Of a stretch of DNA of 64,000 nucleotides, positions 36,235 through 49,107 are shown one piece after another; position 1 is the first letter of the stretch; every line of letters starts with the position of its first letter. The notes below the pieces were generated by a model. It was not told where the DNA came from. It searched no databases and saw nothing but the letters and a program-made list of their open reading frames with translations. The stretch is from Eledone cirrhosa (lineage: Eukaryota): NCBI GenBank assembly GCA_964016885.1, contig OZ024740.1, positions 333,746,001-333,810,000 of the forward strand, read 5' to 3'. Made by a program: the position numbers and the translations under genes.

Positions 36235-38266
36235 ATGGCTACGAAAAAGAAATTTCATACGTCACTCCCACTCATTCCGTCTTCTTCTTCCTCAATCATC
36301 ACTACAGCAGAGAGAAGATTGTCTCTCTCCCTCCCTTCTTTAAATGTGTCTCTCTCCCTCCCTTCTCTTTCGCAAGTGACGAAAGAAAAGAAAAGTCTCG
36401 TGCAAAGCGTGCAAGGTTTCTCCACGACGACGACGACAGCGACGAAACAGGTGTGCGGGAAATACGAAAACCCAGTTCATTCGTCTGACGTCAGGAATAA
36501 TAGCAGTAGCAGCCGTAATAACAACAGCAACAGTGACAATGAAAACAACAGTAGCAGCCGCAACAGCATCACCAGCAGCATAAACAACAACAGCATTAGC
36601 AGCAGCAACACCAACAACAACCACAGCAACAGCGGCGGAGGCAGTAGTCGTAGTACCTGCAGCAACAACAAAAGTACCAGCAGCTCTGACGACAACAACA
36701 ACAATAGCAGCAAAGAAAAACCAATCTCATTTGCAGGCATTGCGAAAAACTTGGAAACAATCCTCATAACAAATGAGGAATTAGAGGAAGCGAAGAAGAT
36801 GGTGACAAAGAATGGACACCGAGCAATCTGCAAGGCAGCGGAAAAATTTTTCGAAACCCAACAGCACTGTACGGTCACGTACCGTACAGTAAGTACAAAA
36901 TCCCGTAGGGTGGAAAGAGCCACAGAGGCTCAGATACAAAAAGCCTTGGGGTCTGTGTGGCAGCGGAAAATGCACATCACCCGAGGCAAAAAATATGCCA
37001 CCGTAGACGTACTTTTTGCCACACCCCAGGAAGCAAAGGCCCAATCAATAGTGACCCTAAGGAGCGAGGAAATGGTGTTGGTGCCCTCCTACTGCGGGCA
37101 AAAAATTGTGAGGGTCAAACTGACCCACGTCCCCCGCCGGAATGGCCCCTTCTTGGCTGGCCGCGTCTGTCCTCGTCGGAATCGAGGACAAAACAACTGA
37201 GAAGATTGGGTCGGCACCTCCATTGAGATGCTAATCCAAACCAACCAGGAGTGCATCGAAGCTATCCCGGATGTGATAGACTTCGATAACGGCACTCAAC
37301 TGCCCATAAGTGTTGAGGGCAAACGCCCGAAATGCTTTCGCTGTGGATCGAAGACTCACCTCAGGGCCTTCTGCAACGAGAAGACGCTGAGAAAGGAGAA
37401 AACCCCCCTCCTTCCGAATCCGGCTCCACGGCTACCAGCAACAGGACAAGCGGCAACATGGAACGATAGGTCCGTGGCACTCATACCCACTCCACGGAAA
37501 TCAAAAACAGCAGCAGCAGTGGAAATATTAACAACAACAACAGCAGTACCAAATGCAGCTGCAACAGAGACTCCAGTGCAAACATCACCAACAACAAGTG
37601 AAAGAGTGGAGCTGGTACCCCTCCCCGACCTCACAGAATCAGACATGGAGTGTGAGGTGGGAGAGGGATGGCAAAAGGTCGTAAGAAGGCACACACGCAG
37701 AAGCAGCGCATCGTCGCCTTTGAAAAGGGAGGAAAGAAATGAGAAAAGGGTAAAGTCTACTGCAAAGAGACCCACAGCAGCAACACCACCAACACCATCA
37801 CCACCCACACTAGCACCACCATCACCACCGGCGACAACCCCACCGCCAACAACAACAAAACACACACACCCAGCAACAACGACAAGAAAATAGCAGAACC
37901 ACACCCCACCCCCAGAAAAACAAATGCACGGCAATAAATACACACAACAAGAAACTAATGACTTACATAATTGAACACACAGACACTTCACAACAGGACT
38001 ACATAATACCAGCACGAATCAAAACGCCAACTAACATAAGACTGCTAAAAATAGGACAGAAACAATACACAAACATTAAAACGAAATTCCCCAACGCAGT
38101 TGGTGATTTCAGGGACCTAGGAGGAACCATCAATCGAAGAGTATATTCAGATATTCTCTTAGAAGAGCCGACGACCGGCCGAAGGGACGATTCAACGGTC
38201 CCTTCACCAGACGATCAAGTGAAAAGGGATGTAAAAACCATCCCTCCTCTACCAAAAGTACGGTAA
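36235..38266 (+). pseudogene. Frameshifted ORF1 of LINE A2 (Ser/Asn-rich N-terminus, CCHC zinc knuckle, Pro/Thr-rich tail)
   Basis: Three ORF pieces (36235-37200, 37228-37893, 37958-38266). CFRCGSKTHLRAFC. A deletion of about 25 bp near 37199 relative to A1. Confidence 0.85.
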
Positions 38267-38301
38267 GTGGTCTTTCCCATCTTTTCCACTCTATTTTAAA
38301 C

Positions 38302-41300
38302 ATGACCTCACTCAGAATAGGCAGCATAAATGCGCGTGGCTTGGGGTCGTCATGGAAGCAGGGTCACCTGCTCAACGACCTCAGGTCACTAAACATAGAT
38401 GTAGTGGCCGTCAGTGAGACCAGAATCTCCGAAGCACGGGCCTTCGCACCGATCTTCGGCGGCTACGATGTGTACGCATCTCCCAGCCGTCCTGGATCGG
38501 GTGGAGGAGTTGCTGTGCTTTTTCGGAGAGGTTTGGATCTCGCCATACGGGCCATCTTCCTGGACCCAGAGGGTAAGCTGGTGGTGCTGGACGTGACCAG
38601 CGGAGACGGGCAAGCTTTCAGGCTAGTGGCCGTCTATGCCCCGACAGGAGCAGGGCGGCTTGATTTCTTCCGGCGTCTGGAGACCTTTCTTGGAATGTCC
38701 CGCTCTTTAGTGTTAGTGGGCGACTGGAACGGGATCTTAAATTCACGCTGGGACTGTGTGGGACTAGCGGATAGGGGTGGAGGGTGCAAGAGCCTCACCA
38801 ACCTGCTCAGGCGTTTTGAACTGTCTGACAGGTACCGATTGGATTTCCCGAATGTGCCAATGTGGACTTGGACAAACCGCATAGGGTCATCCAGATCATA
38901 TCTAGATAGAGTATTTTGTAGGGAAATAGATAGGTCTAGCATAGGCTGTCCACAATTCAAGATAGTCAGCTACACGGACCACAAATTCGTAATCTGTGTG
39001 CTTGACTTAGATAGGCTTCATAGACGAGGACCCGGCTACTGGAAGCTAAACGCGTCCTTACCAGCGCGCAAGGCCTACAGAAACCGGATTAGCGAACTAG
39101 TTAAGCGGGCGTTGACGGGGGCCATCGTCAACAACAAGTGGTGGTTTGCTCTGAAAAGAGCGATTAGAATAGAATCGATTAGGTTTAGTAAGGCTTTAGC
39201 AATAGAGAAAAATAGAGCAGAGGGAGAACTAGTTAGAAAATTAGACGAGGCGCTTAGCAAAGGCATTGCGACCGACGTGCTTGCGGCGAAATTGGCCCTT
39301 GACCAATTCTTCAATGCAAAGCACGAAGGCTGCGTTGTCAGAGCAAGGGTGCGTGCTCTCAGACACGAGGGGACGAAAGCCGTTCAATGGGCCCGAGTGG
39401 CGGAGGCGCGTCGTGGCAACAAAGCCACGATCCGGTCTTTGGTGGACCACGACGGGCGCATGCTACTCGATACCGGGCAAATGTGTGAAGCTTTTCAGCG
39501 ACACTTCGCTCAGCTGTTCGGGGGCAGCGGTGGGCCGGGTCGAGGGATGGACTTTAGTGTCTACCTCGACGGACTGCCGCGGCTCTCGGCCACTGAGGCG
39601 AAGTGTTGCGAAAAGCCGATAACAGCCGCTGAAGTAAGGGAGGCAATGACTGGCTGCACAAGGGGTAAATCGCCTGGTTTGGATGGTCTGCCCTATGAAC
39701 TTTACGTACAGATGCCAGTCTTGTTCGGAGGCCTCTTGGCGGACGTCTACTGCAACTGGCAACAGAACGGGAGAATTCCCAGTTCTGTGAGCCGAGGAGC
39801 GGTGGCACTGCTGAGAAAGGATCCGAACAAGGGGGATAACATAGAAAATTTCCGGCCTATAACTCTGCTAAACACAGAGTTTAAGATTTTGGCCAAGGTG
39901 CTAGCAAAGAGGTTGGCGCTTGTCGTTGGTGGTCTGGTGGGAGAGGCGCAGACATATGCCATTCCCGACAGATCCATCCACGACACCCTCCACCTCATGC
40001 GATACATCGTAGAGAGGGTAGCTAGGGAACCTGGCACGGGTGGGTCCTTGATCAATTTAGATCAGTCGAAAGCTTTCGATAGGGTCGACCATCGTTACCT
40101 AGCGGCAGTCCTGAGGGCGGCTGGCTTTGGGCCCGTCTTCAGAGGCTGGATCGCTGCCATGCACAGCGACATCTGCTCTGTGGTGAGAGTGAACGATCAC
40201 CTGTCGGAACCGTTCAACATCATGCGCTCGGTCCGCCAAGGATGTCCCCTCTCGTCCCTCTTGTACGTATTGACTCTCGAGCCATTACTGCACAAACTGG
40301 AGACGTTGAGGGGCGTCCCGCCCGAACTAGGATGCGGAAGATCCGTGTCAGCATATGCGGACGATGTCACCGTAGTGGTGTCGAACGCCAAACACATCGA
40401 GGCGATCGGCACTACACTAAGAGAATACGAAGCGGTGACAGGAGCAATGATCAACCAGGAAAAGTCAGTGGGCCTGCAGCTCGGCACCTGGAGAGGCAGG
40501 TCCATGCCGTCCAACAGCGTCGTCGGACGCTGGACGGACGGACCGGTTAAATTGCTAGGGGTCTGGTTCGGTCCGGACCTCCAGACGGACAAAAACTGTG
40601 ACGAGGTGACGAGCAGGGTGGCTTCTCTCACCCAGAAATGGGCGGAGAGGAAGCTATCCCTGAAAGGTCGAGCGGAGGTGGCTAACGCGTACATCGCGTC
40701 TGTCATCTGCTACCGCCTGACCGTCGTACCTTGTCCTAAGCCTCGCCTGACTGCGCTGGAGCGTTTGCTCTTTCGCTTTTTGTGGAAGGGACGCGCTCCG
40801 ATGGTCAGGCGGTCCATCTGTTGTCAACACCCGCTACGTGGAGGGCTGGGCATGCCGTGGCTGATGATGCGCAGGCACGCGCTCAGGATACGACATCTCC
40901 ACCTCTTCCTCGACGGTGATCAGGTGTGGTCGCCGTTTGCTAGACGCGTTTTTCCCCAGCTCGTTTCCTTGACGGAGCTGCAGTCCTGGGTCAAGCGAAG
41001 ACCGAGAGGGAGCGCCTGGAGACTGGAATGTCTTCAGGCGCTCACAGCCCTCGACCAATCGGGCAATGTGATCGGTGGAAACTCCACCTCAGCGTTCTAT
41101 AGAGGATTAGTGGAGGGGAAGAGCGACGACGTACTTGGGGAAACTCTAGGCGTCGACGAAAATCAACTAGCCAATCTCTTCGGAAGAACTTTCGGGCCAG
41201 GGCCTATGGACAACTTCCAGAAATCTCTGGCCTGGCAGTGCTACCGAGGAGCCTTGCCAGTTCGGGATAAACTCTACAGGCATGGAGGTGCCGTCAGCCG

Positions 41301-41721
41301 GGCATGTCCGAGATGCGCGCAGGGCGACGAAACCGTCCTGCACGCACTCGTCCAGTGTCCGAAAATTGCTGACTTGTGGGTTTATGTCGAACACCTGCTG
41401 TCGCGTTTAGGACGGATCCAGCTATCATCTGAGTCTATCGTGAGGATTGCCTCGCCCTCCTCCTTTAGCCGGGAAGGGCAGGCAGTTTTTATCTGTCTGG
41501 TGGCCATGGCGAAAGAGATAGTATGGTGGACACGTTTGAAAGGGCTGAAGACGAGCACTTACCTCTTCGGTGATGCTCTGATTGACTTTTTCAAATTTCA
41601 TTTGAAAAGGAAAATCAGAGTAGAGAAGGAAGTGCTCTCTTCCCAGCATTTTGTTGAAAGATGGGTGAGAGAAGCAAGAATGGCCCGAGTGAATGGGCCG
41701 ACTCTGAGTATATATCTGTAA
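38302..41721 (+). CDS. LINE ORF2: APE endonuclease, reverse transcriptase and C-terminal zinc finger (1139 aa)
   Basis: APE motifs SINARGL, VSET, VGDWNG, YLDR and YTDHK. RT motifs SPGLDGLP, FRPITLLN, LDQSKAFDRV, RQGCPLS and AYADD. Zinc finger CPRCAQGDETVLHALVQC. Uninterrupted. Confidence 0.97.
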   Translation: MTSLRIGSINARGLGSSWKQGHLLNDLRSLNIDVVAVSETRISEARAFAPIFGGYDVYASPSRPGSGGGVAVLFRRGLDLAIRAIFLDPEGKLVVLDVTSGDGQAFRLVAVYAPTGAGRLDFFRRLETFLGMSRSLVLVGDWNGILNSRWDCVGLADRGGGCKSLTNLLRRFELSDRYRLDFPNVPMWTWTNRIGSSRSYLDRVFCREIDRSSIGCPQFKIVSYTDHKFVICVLDLDRLHRRGPGYWKLNASLPARKAYRNRISELVKRALTGAIVNNKWWFALKRAIRIESIRFSKALAIEKNRAEGELVRKLDEALSKGIATDVLAAKLALDQFFNAKHEGCVVRARVRALRHEGTKAVQWARVAEARRGNKATIRSLVDHDGRMLLDTGQMCEAFQRHFAQLFGGSGGPGRGMDFSVYLDGLPRLSATEAKCCEKPITAAEVREAMTGCTRGKSPGLDGLPYELYVQMPVLFGGLLADVYCNWQQNGRIPSSVSRGAVALLRKDPNKGDNIENFRPITLLNTEFKILAKVLAKRLALVVGGLVGEAQTYAIPDRSIHDTLHLMRYIVERVAREPGTGGSLINLDQSKAFDRVDHRYLAAVLRAAGFGPVFRGWIAAMHSDICSVVRVNDHLSEPFNIMRSVRQGCPLSSLLYVLTLEPLLHKLETLRGVPPELGCGRSVSAYADDVTVVVSNAKHIEAIGTTLREYEAVTGAMINQEKSVGLQLGTWRGRSMPSNSVVGRWTDGPVKLLGVWFGPDLQTDKNCDEVTSRVASLTQKWAERKLSLKGRAEVANAYIASVICYRLTVVPCPKPRLTALERLLFRFLWKGRAPMVRRSICCQHPLRGGLGMPWLMMRRHALRIRHLHLFLDGDQVWSPFARRVFPQLVSLTELQSWVKRRPRGSAWRLECLQALTALDQSGNVIGGNSTSAFYRGLVEGKSDDVLGETLGVDENQLANLFGRTFGPGPMDNFQKSLAWQCYRGALPVRDKLYRHGGAVSRACPRCAQGDETVLHALVQCPKIADLWVYVEHLLSRLGRIQLSSESIVRIASPSSFSREGQAVFICLVAMAKEIVWWTRLKGLKTSTYLFGDALIDFFKFHLKRKIRVEKEVLSSQHFVERWVREARMARVNGPTLSIYL

Positions 41722-41981
41722 ACTAAAGGTGGAAAACTGGGAGAGGGCACTTGCCTTGGTGGTCAGGGTCATTGTGGCTTTTTACTGGGCTTTCTCCACA
41801 AATGTCCCTCCGAAGTCTCCCCCCTATTGGGGAATTTTTCATTGTTATTTTCATTGTTATTTTTGTTACATCCTCTGTTTTTGTTTTTTTACACGCAGAA
41901 ATGCCCATTTGTACCGTCCTGCATTGTCCTGCACTGTCCTTAATGTCTACTTTATGTAAACCCTTGTGGTTAATAAAGAAA

Positions 41982-42034
<53 letters not shown>

Positions 42035-42040
42035 GTTGTT

Positions 42041-45000
42041 GGTGAAGCCACGCTTCTTATCGCCTCCAGTCTTTTTCAACGTTTTACCTCTTTTTCAACC
42101 GTTCTAAACCTTTTATTCAAGTTTTAAATTTGATAAAAGTTTAGAAGAAGTGACCCACCTAATACAGGGGTTCACTAGTAAATAATACGGCACCCCTTCA
42201 CGGGCTGTCGTATTCGTATTTGTGTAAACATATTTTTTTTGAAAAATTTCAACATGGATAACACAAAGAGAGAGAGCGCTATCAGACAACACAGAGAGAG
42301 GGAGACTTTATCAGCATGTCAACAAGACAGCGTTCCAGCGGAGGTAAATATAAACGAAAATATTACAAACGAAAAAAAGATTGTTACAGATTTAAAATTA
42401 CCAAATATTTCTAACACAAACAACTCCAAAAATAACACCAACAACATCACCAACAACAACACCCAAAAATAACAGCGGTAAAATCGAGAACGACAATAAC
42501 AAAAATAACAGCGGTAAGGTTGAGAACGACAATAACAAAAATAACAGCGGTAAGGTCGAGAACGACAATAACAATGACGATAACAACAGCCACAACAACA
42601 ATAATAGTAGGAACAGTATCAACAAAAACAACAATAATAACAACAGCCATAATAACAGTAACAGCAGCAACAGTATCAACGAAAACAACACCTACAACTG
42701 TACCAGCGAAAAGAACAACAATGACACCGAAACCTGTAATAGCGACCTCAGCACCACCAGTAAGACCAGTATCGGCAGCAATAGTGTGCTGCTGAAAAAG
42801 GGACCACTTCTTTTGCAGGTGTCGTCCGGAATATCGAGACAGTGTTAGTCACAGAGGAGAAGATGGCAGTCGCAAGGGCCATGGTGACAAGAAGCGCAAA
42901 TAGAGTTTCCCTGAAACCTCCACCCGATATTTTCAAGGACCAGCAGCTACGGACGGTGATTTACCGCACCGTAAGCAGAATCTCACATCGAGTGGAGAGA
43001 GCCACGGAGGCTCAAATCCAAAAGGCCTTGGGGTGCGTCTGGGCACGCAAAACCCACATTACCTGAGGCAGAAAGTACGCCACAGTAGACGTACTTTTGG
43101 CCAACCCCCAGGAAGCAAAGTCTCACTCTTTGGAAACCCTAAAGAGTGAGGAGTTAGTCTTGGTGCCCTCCTACTGCGGGCAGAAAATTGTGAGGGTCAA
43201 AGTGACCCAGGTCCCAACCGACGTGCCCATACCTTGGCTGGCCGCGTCTGTCCTTGCTGGAATTGAGAACAGGGCGACCATGCTGCAAGTAGAAAAAATA
43301 GGGAGAGAGAACTGGTCAGGTATAGGCATGCAAATGCTTATACAATCTGACCAGGAATGTATCGAGGCTATCCCCGATATCATAGACTTCGTGGAAGGAC
43401 TCCAACTCCCTATAAGTGTAGAAGGAAGATGGCCAAAATGTTATCTCTGTGGGTCGAAATGTCACCTCAGGGCCTTTTGCCCGTAGAAGACACCGAAGAG
43501 GGCCCCTCTCCTTCCAATACCTGGTCCGCTGCTACTAAGAGCAGGACAGGCAACAAACGAAGAAGCCCATTCCACGGTGAGTAAGAGGGCAACGTCCGTA
43601 GCACCCGTACCAAGGCCACGATAACTAAAGCAGCATCATCAGTAGCGGCAACACCAATAGCTACATTTGAAATAGCTACACCAGCAACAACATTGCCGAA
43701 GAGGGCTCCACTACCACCACCAACAGCTGTGGAGCACATACTCCTCCCAGACGCCACAGAATCTGACATGGAGTTTGAGGCGGGAGTGACGTGGCAAACA
43801 GTCTGGTACAAAAAAGAAAAAAGAAAAAAAACCCCTAGATTCACCCTCCAAAAGCGAAGGCATACAAAGAGGGGTAAAGGCAGCAAGGAAACTTGCAGAA
43901 ACACCACCACAAACACCAACAACGCAAACACAAGACACAGTACACAGTACACAGGTACACAGCCATAAACATAGCAAAAAAAAGAACTCATAAAATATAT
44001 AAAGCAGCACACAGACATCACAGAAAAAAACTACTACACCCCACCAACACCAAGAACTCTCCCGACAAACATAAGCATCATCGAAATCTCAATAGAACAA
44101 TACAATCTTTAAAACAAAAATTCCCCAACGCAGTTGGAGACTTCAGAGGGACGGTTACCAAGAGGATATACACTGACATCCTCTTGGAAACACCCATGAC
44201 CAGCGAAAGGGACGGTTCTACTATCCCTTCACCACACGAACAAGGTAAGTGACCCTTTGTCATTTGCCCCGTTTCTCATCCAACATGGCTGTACTCAGAA
44301 TAGGCAGTATAAATGCACGTGGCCTGGGGTCATCTTAGAAGCAAGGTCACCTGCTCAATGACGTCAGGTCATTAAACATAGATGTGGTGGCCATCAGTGA
44401 AACCAGAATCTCCTACGCACGGGCCTTCGCACCGATCTTCGGCGGCTACGATGTATACGCATCTCCCAGCCGTCCAGGATCGGGGGGAGGGGTTGCCGTC
44501 CTTTTTCGGAGAGGCTTGGATCTCGCGATACGGGCTATCTTCCTGGACCCAGAAGGTAAGTCGGTGGTGCTGGACGTGACCGGCAGCGAAGGCAATGCTT
44601 TCAGGCTAGTGGTCGTCTACGCCCCAACAGGGGCAGGACGGCCAGATTTCTTCAGACGTCTAGAGACCTTTCTTGGAACGTCCCGCTCTTTAGTGTTAGT
44701 GGGCGACTGGAACGGTATAATGGAAGCATGCTGGGATCGTGTGGGGCTAGTGGATAGGGAGGAGGGTGCAGGAGCCTCACCAACCTGCTCAGACGTTTTG
44801 AACTGTCTGACAGGTATCGACTGGATCACCCGAATGTGCCAATGTGGACATGGACAAACCGCATCGGGTCATCCAGATCGTATCTAGATAGGGTATTCTG
44901 CAGGGAACTAGATAAGGCTAGTATAAGTTGTCCACAATTTAAAATAGTCGACTACACAGACCACACAGTTGTGATCTGTGAGATCGACATAGACAGACTT

Positions 45001-47862
45001 CATAGACAAGGGCCTGGTTACTGGAAGCTGAACGCGTCTTTCCCGGCGCGCAAGGCCTACAGAGACCGGATTAGCGTGTTAGTTAAGCGGGCTTTGACGG
45101 GAGCGGTCGTCAACAACGGGTGGTGGTTCGCCCTGAGAAGGGCAATTAAAGTAGAGTCGATTAGGTTTAGCAAAGGAGTAGTGATAGAGGAAAATAGAGT
45201 CGAAGGCTGCGTTGTCAGAGCTAGAGCGCGTGCTCTGAAACACGAGGGGACAAAAGTCGTCCAATGGGCCCGGGTGGCAGAGGCGCGACGTGGCAATAAA
45301 GCCACAATTCGGTCTTTGTCTGACCAAAACGGGTGCGTGATGCTCGAACCCGAGCGGATGTGTGAAGCTTTTCAGCAGCACTTTGCTGAACTGTTCTGGA
45401 GCGGCGGCGGCCCGGATCGGGGCATGGACTTCAGTGCATACCTCGACGGACTGCCTTGGCTCTCGACGACCGCAGCACCGTGTTGCGAAAATCCAATAAC
45501 AGCCGGTGAAATACGAGAAGCGATGGCTAACTGCACAAGAGGTAAATCGCCAGGTTTAGATGGTCTGCCCTACGAGCTTTATGCATTTATGCCAGACTTG
45601 TTCGGTGACCTCTTGGCAGACGTCTACTGCAACTGGCAGCAGAACGGGAGCATTCCCAGTTTTGTGAGCCGGGGAGCAGTGGTGCTGCTGAGAAAATTCC
45701 CGAACAAGGGGGATGTTATTCATAATTTCAGGCCCATAACTCTGCTAAACGCAGAGTTCAAGATTTTGGCCAAAGTGTTAGCAACGAGGTTGGCGCTTGT
45801 CGTCAAGTGTCTGGCGGGAGAGGCGCAGACATGCGCCATTCCGGACAGATCCATACACGACAACCTCCACCTCATGCGATACATCATAGAGAGGGTGTTT
45901 AAGGAACCTGGCAAGGGTAGGGCCCTGATCAACTTGGATCAATCCAAAGCATTCGATAGGATCGACCATCGGTACCTGGCGGCGGTCCTCGAGGCAGCCG
46001 GTTTCGGGCCCGTTTTCAGGCGTTGGATCGCAGCAATGTACAGCGACATCTGCTCAGTGGTGAGGGTAAACGGTCACCTGTCGCAGCCATTCAGCATCAT
46101 GCGCTCAGTCAGCCAGGGTTGTCCCCTCTCGTCCCTCTTGTACGTATTGGCTCTCGAGCCGTTACTGCACAAACTGGGGACGATGAGGAGGTCCCACGCG
46201 AACTAGGATGCGGGAAATCCGAGTCGGCTTACGCGGACGACGTCACCGTGGATTTGTCGAGCACCAGACACGTCAAGATGCTCGGCACCGCTCTCAAGGA
46301 ATGCGAAGCCGTGACAGGAGCAAAGATAAACCAGGAAAAGTCGGTGGGCTGGCAGCTAGGCACCTGGAGAGGCAAGTCCATGCCGTCCGACAGCGTCGTG
46401 GGGCGTTGGACGGACGGACCGGTTAAATTGCTCGGGGTCTGATTCGGACCGTACCTCCAGATGGAGAAAAACTGGAACGAGGTGACGAGCAGCGTCACCT
46501 CCCTCACCCAGAATTGGGCTGAGAGGAAGCTGTCCCTGAAAGGCCGGAGGAAGTGGCGAATGCGTAGATCGCATCCGTCATCTGCTACCGCCTCACCGTC
46601 GTCCCTTGCTCCAGCCCAACTCTCACCAAAATGGAGCGTCTACTCTTCCGCTTTTTGTGGAATGGACGCGCTCCCATGGTCAGACGATCCATCTGCTGTC
46701 AACACCCGTTGCATGGAGGACTGGGCATTCCATGGCTGATGATGCGCAAACATGCGCTGAGGCTGCGACATCTCTGGTGCTTCCTTGATGGTGAACGGGT
46801 GTGGTCGCCGTTCGCCAGGCACATTTTCCCACAGCTCGTCTCCTTGACGGAGCTGCAGTCCTGGGTCAGAAAAAGACCGAGAGATAGCGCTTGGAAACTG
46901 GAATGTCTCCAGGCGCTCACTGCTCTCTCCCAGTTGGGCACCAGTATCGGAGGAACATCCACCTCGGCGTTCTATAGAGGACTGCTGGAAGGGAAGAGCG
47001 ACGACATTCTCGGAGAGATCCTGGGCGTCGAAGAAGATCAGCTGTTTGCTCTCTTCCGGAGAACTTTCAGCCCGGGGCCTATGGATAACTTACAAAAATC
47101 CCTGGCCTGGCAGTGCTGCCGGTTCGAGATAAGCTCTACAGGCACGGAAGTGCCGTCAGCCGAGCCTGTCCGAGATGCGCGCATATTGACGAAACCGTTG
47201 TGCACGCACTCGTTCAGTGCCCGAGGATTGCTGACTTGTGGTGCTATGTCGAACAGTTGCTGTCACGTGTGGGACTGATGAGGTTGTCGACTGAGTCCAT
47301 TGTGCAGATGGTCTCGCCGTCTTCCGTTGAGGAGGAAGGGCAGGTGGTTTTCATCTGCTTGGTGGCCATGGCGAAAGAGATTGTGTGGTGGACAAGGTTA
47401 AAAGGATTAAAGACAAACACTTTCCTCTTCGGCGAATCCCTAATTAACTTTTTCAAGTTTCACTTGAAGAGGAAAATCAGTGCTTTCTAGCAAGTTTGTT
47501 GAAAGGTGGGTGAATGTAGCGAGAATGGTCCGAGTGAACGGGACCACTCTGAATATAGGTCTGTAGTTTGAGAGATGGAAACATTGAGAGAGGGCGCTTG
47601 CCCGAGTAGTCAGGGTTACCATGGTCTTTTGTGTGGTTTTCGCCACGATAACGCTCGGAGGTTTCCCCCCTATTGGGGAATTTTTCATTGTTTCAATTTT
47701 CATTTTATTGTTTATATATATGTTTTATGTCTTTTTTCTTTTCTTATATGAATAATAAAAATATTTACACGCACAAAACCCACATCGTACCGCCCTGTTC
47801 CGTCTGTGATGTTTTTCTTGATGTCAGCCCTTGTGGCCAATAAAGAAATCATTATTATTATT
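42041..47862 (+). mobile_element. L1/Tx1-clade LINE, lineage C (degenerate)
   Basis: Distinct 5' UTR and ORF1 (CYLCGSKCHLRAFC, 43097-43486; three 36-bp repeats at 42465-42572). ORF2 pieces 44285-47565. (ATT)n tail. Confidence 0.93.
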
Positions 47863-48900
47863 CTTTGAGTCTCAGTCATTGATGTTAGTTAACTGGAAAG
47901 TTTGTTGAAATGAATATCAAGCCACCACTTGCAGCCTCAGATCTTCAGGACGTATTGGAGGGTTATTGCTGTTCCCAGCAAGCATGCCTTTTGAAGAGTT
48001 CCAAAAAGCGTGGCGGGGCCAATTTTCTTTAACCATCCTGGAAACTTTTTGAGATAGTACCTAGTGCGCCTATGACAATTGGGACCACTCTGACTTCATG
48101 GCAGTTCCAAATCCTTTTTACCTCCCACTTTAAGTCCTGGTATCGGTTAATGTTCTCCCTCTCCTTCTCTTGCACTCTCGTGTCGAATGGGCAGGCCACA
48201 TCCACAATCAGGCACGATCTTATTTCCTTGCCAAAACCACCAGGTCAGGTCTATTGTGTTCCATTTTCTTGTCCGTCTGTATCCTAAAATCCCACACACC
48301 TTCACCTGATCGTTTTTTATCACCGACTCTGGTTTATGTTCATACCACTTCTCAGAATGTGGTAAATTGTTTACTTTGCATAGGTGCCAGTGGATCACCC
48401 TGCCCATCACATCAAGTCTCCAGCCTTTATAGTGAGTCTGGGCTAGGTGTTTACACTCGGATACAATGTGAGCCACATTCTCCTCTGTCTTGTAAATATG
48501 GTGTTTCAGCCACTTCGTATTGAGGGCCTGCTCTTTCGCAGCCCTTAGCATTCCTTCCGTAGCCTTTCTAAGGTCTCCTCTTTTCAACCAGTTCCATGTC
48601 TGTGGATCTCTGAATTCCGTTTTCTCAAAGAAGGTACTATGAAAGGATTTTTCATGAAGGCTGCTCTTTCTCCTTGTTGTTATTTCCTCCTTGGACATCT
48701 TCTGGAATATTGTCCTCTCCTTCAGTACAATTCTGAGCATTGGCTCCTTACTATGGGTCACGTATTTTTAGGTTGTTTTTCTCCATCTGAACACAGTCCT
48801 CTATGCTGATACGACCTCTTCCACCTTCAGATCTCTTTAAGTAGAGTCTATCGACACCACTCCTCTTCTGGAACATGTTGTAGATAGTCAATAGCTTCCT
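47863..48900 (-). mobile_element. 5'-truncated R4/Dong-like RLE LINE, same family as 28137-28622
   Basis: WLKRGDLRKATEG..RAA.EQAL, ENVAHIVSEC and KWYEHKPE. The 3' UTR matches 28520-28600 (ctgaggctgcaagt, gactgagactcaaagaa). Tail shares the TTA tract of LINE C. Confidence 0.9.
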
Positions 48901-49076
48901 TATTATTATTATCATTATTTTTCTTTGTTATTTTATTTCAACCTCTGTTTTTTTACACGCAGAAATGCCCATTTGTACCGTCCTGTATTGTCCTGTACTG
49001 TCCTTAATGTCTACTTTATGTGAACCCTTGTGGTTAATAAAGAAAACATTATTATTATCATTATTATTATTATTAC

Positions 49077-49107
<31 letters not shown>
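48901..49107 (+). mobile_element. Isolated 3' UTR end of a lineage-A LINE plus (TTA)n tail
   Basis: tttttacacgcagaaatgcccatttgtaccgtcc...cccttgtggttaataaagaaa matches 41885-41982. Confidence 0.9.

Larger units (their letters stand above)
36021..42040 (+). mobile_element. L1/Tx1-clade LINE, lineage A copy 2 (full length; intact ORF2)
   Basis: The 5' end gaatgccatggttgacggaggctcggc matches copy A1. ORF1, ORF2 and 3' UTR present. (TTA)n tail at 41984-42033. Confidence 0.97.

Noticed and set aside
38302-41721. Bacterial RT systems (retron, DGR, group II intron)
   Set aside because: The APE-RT-zinc finger layout with ORF1 and an AATAAA/tail identifies a eukaryotic LINE.
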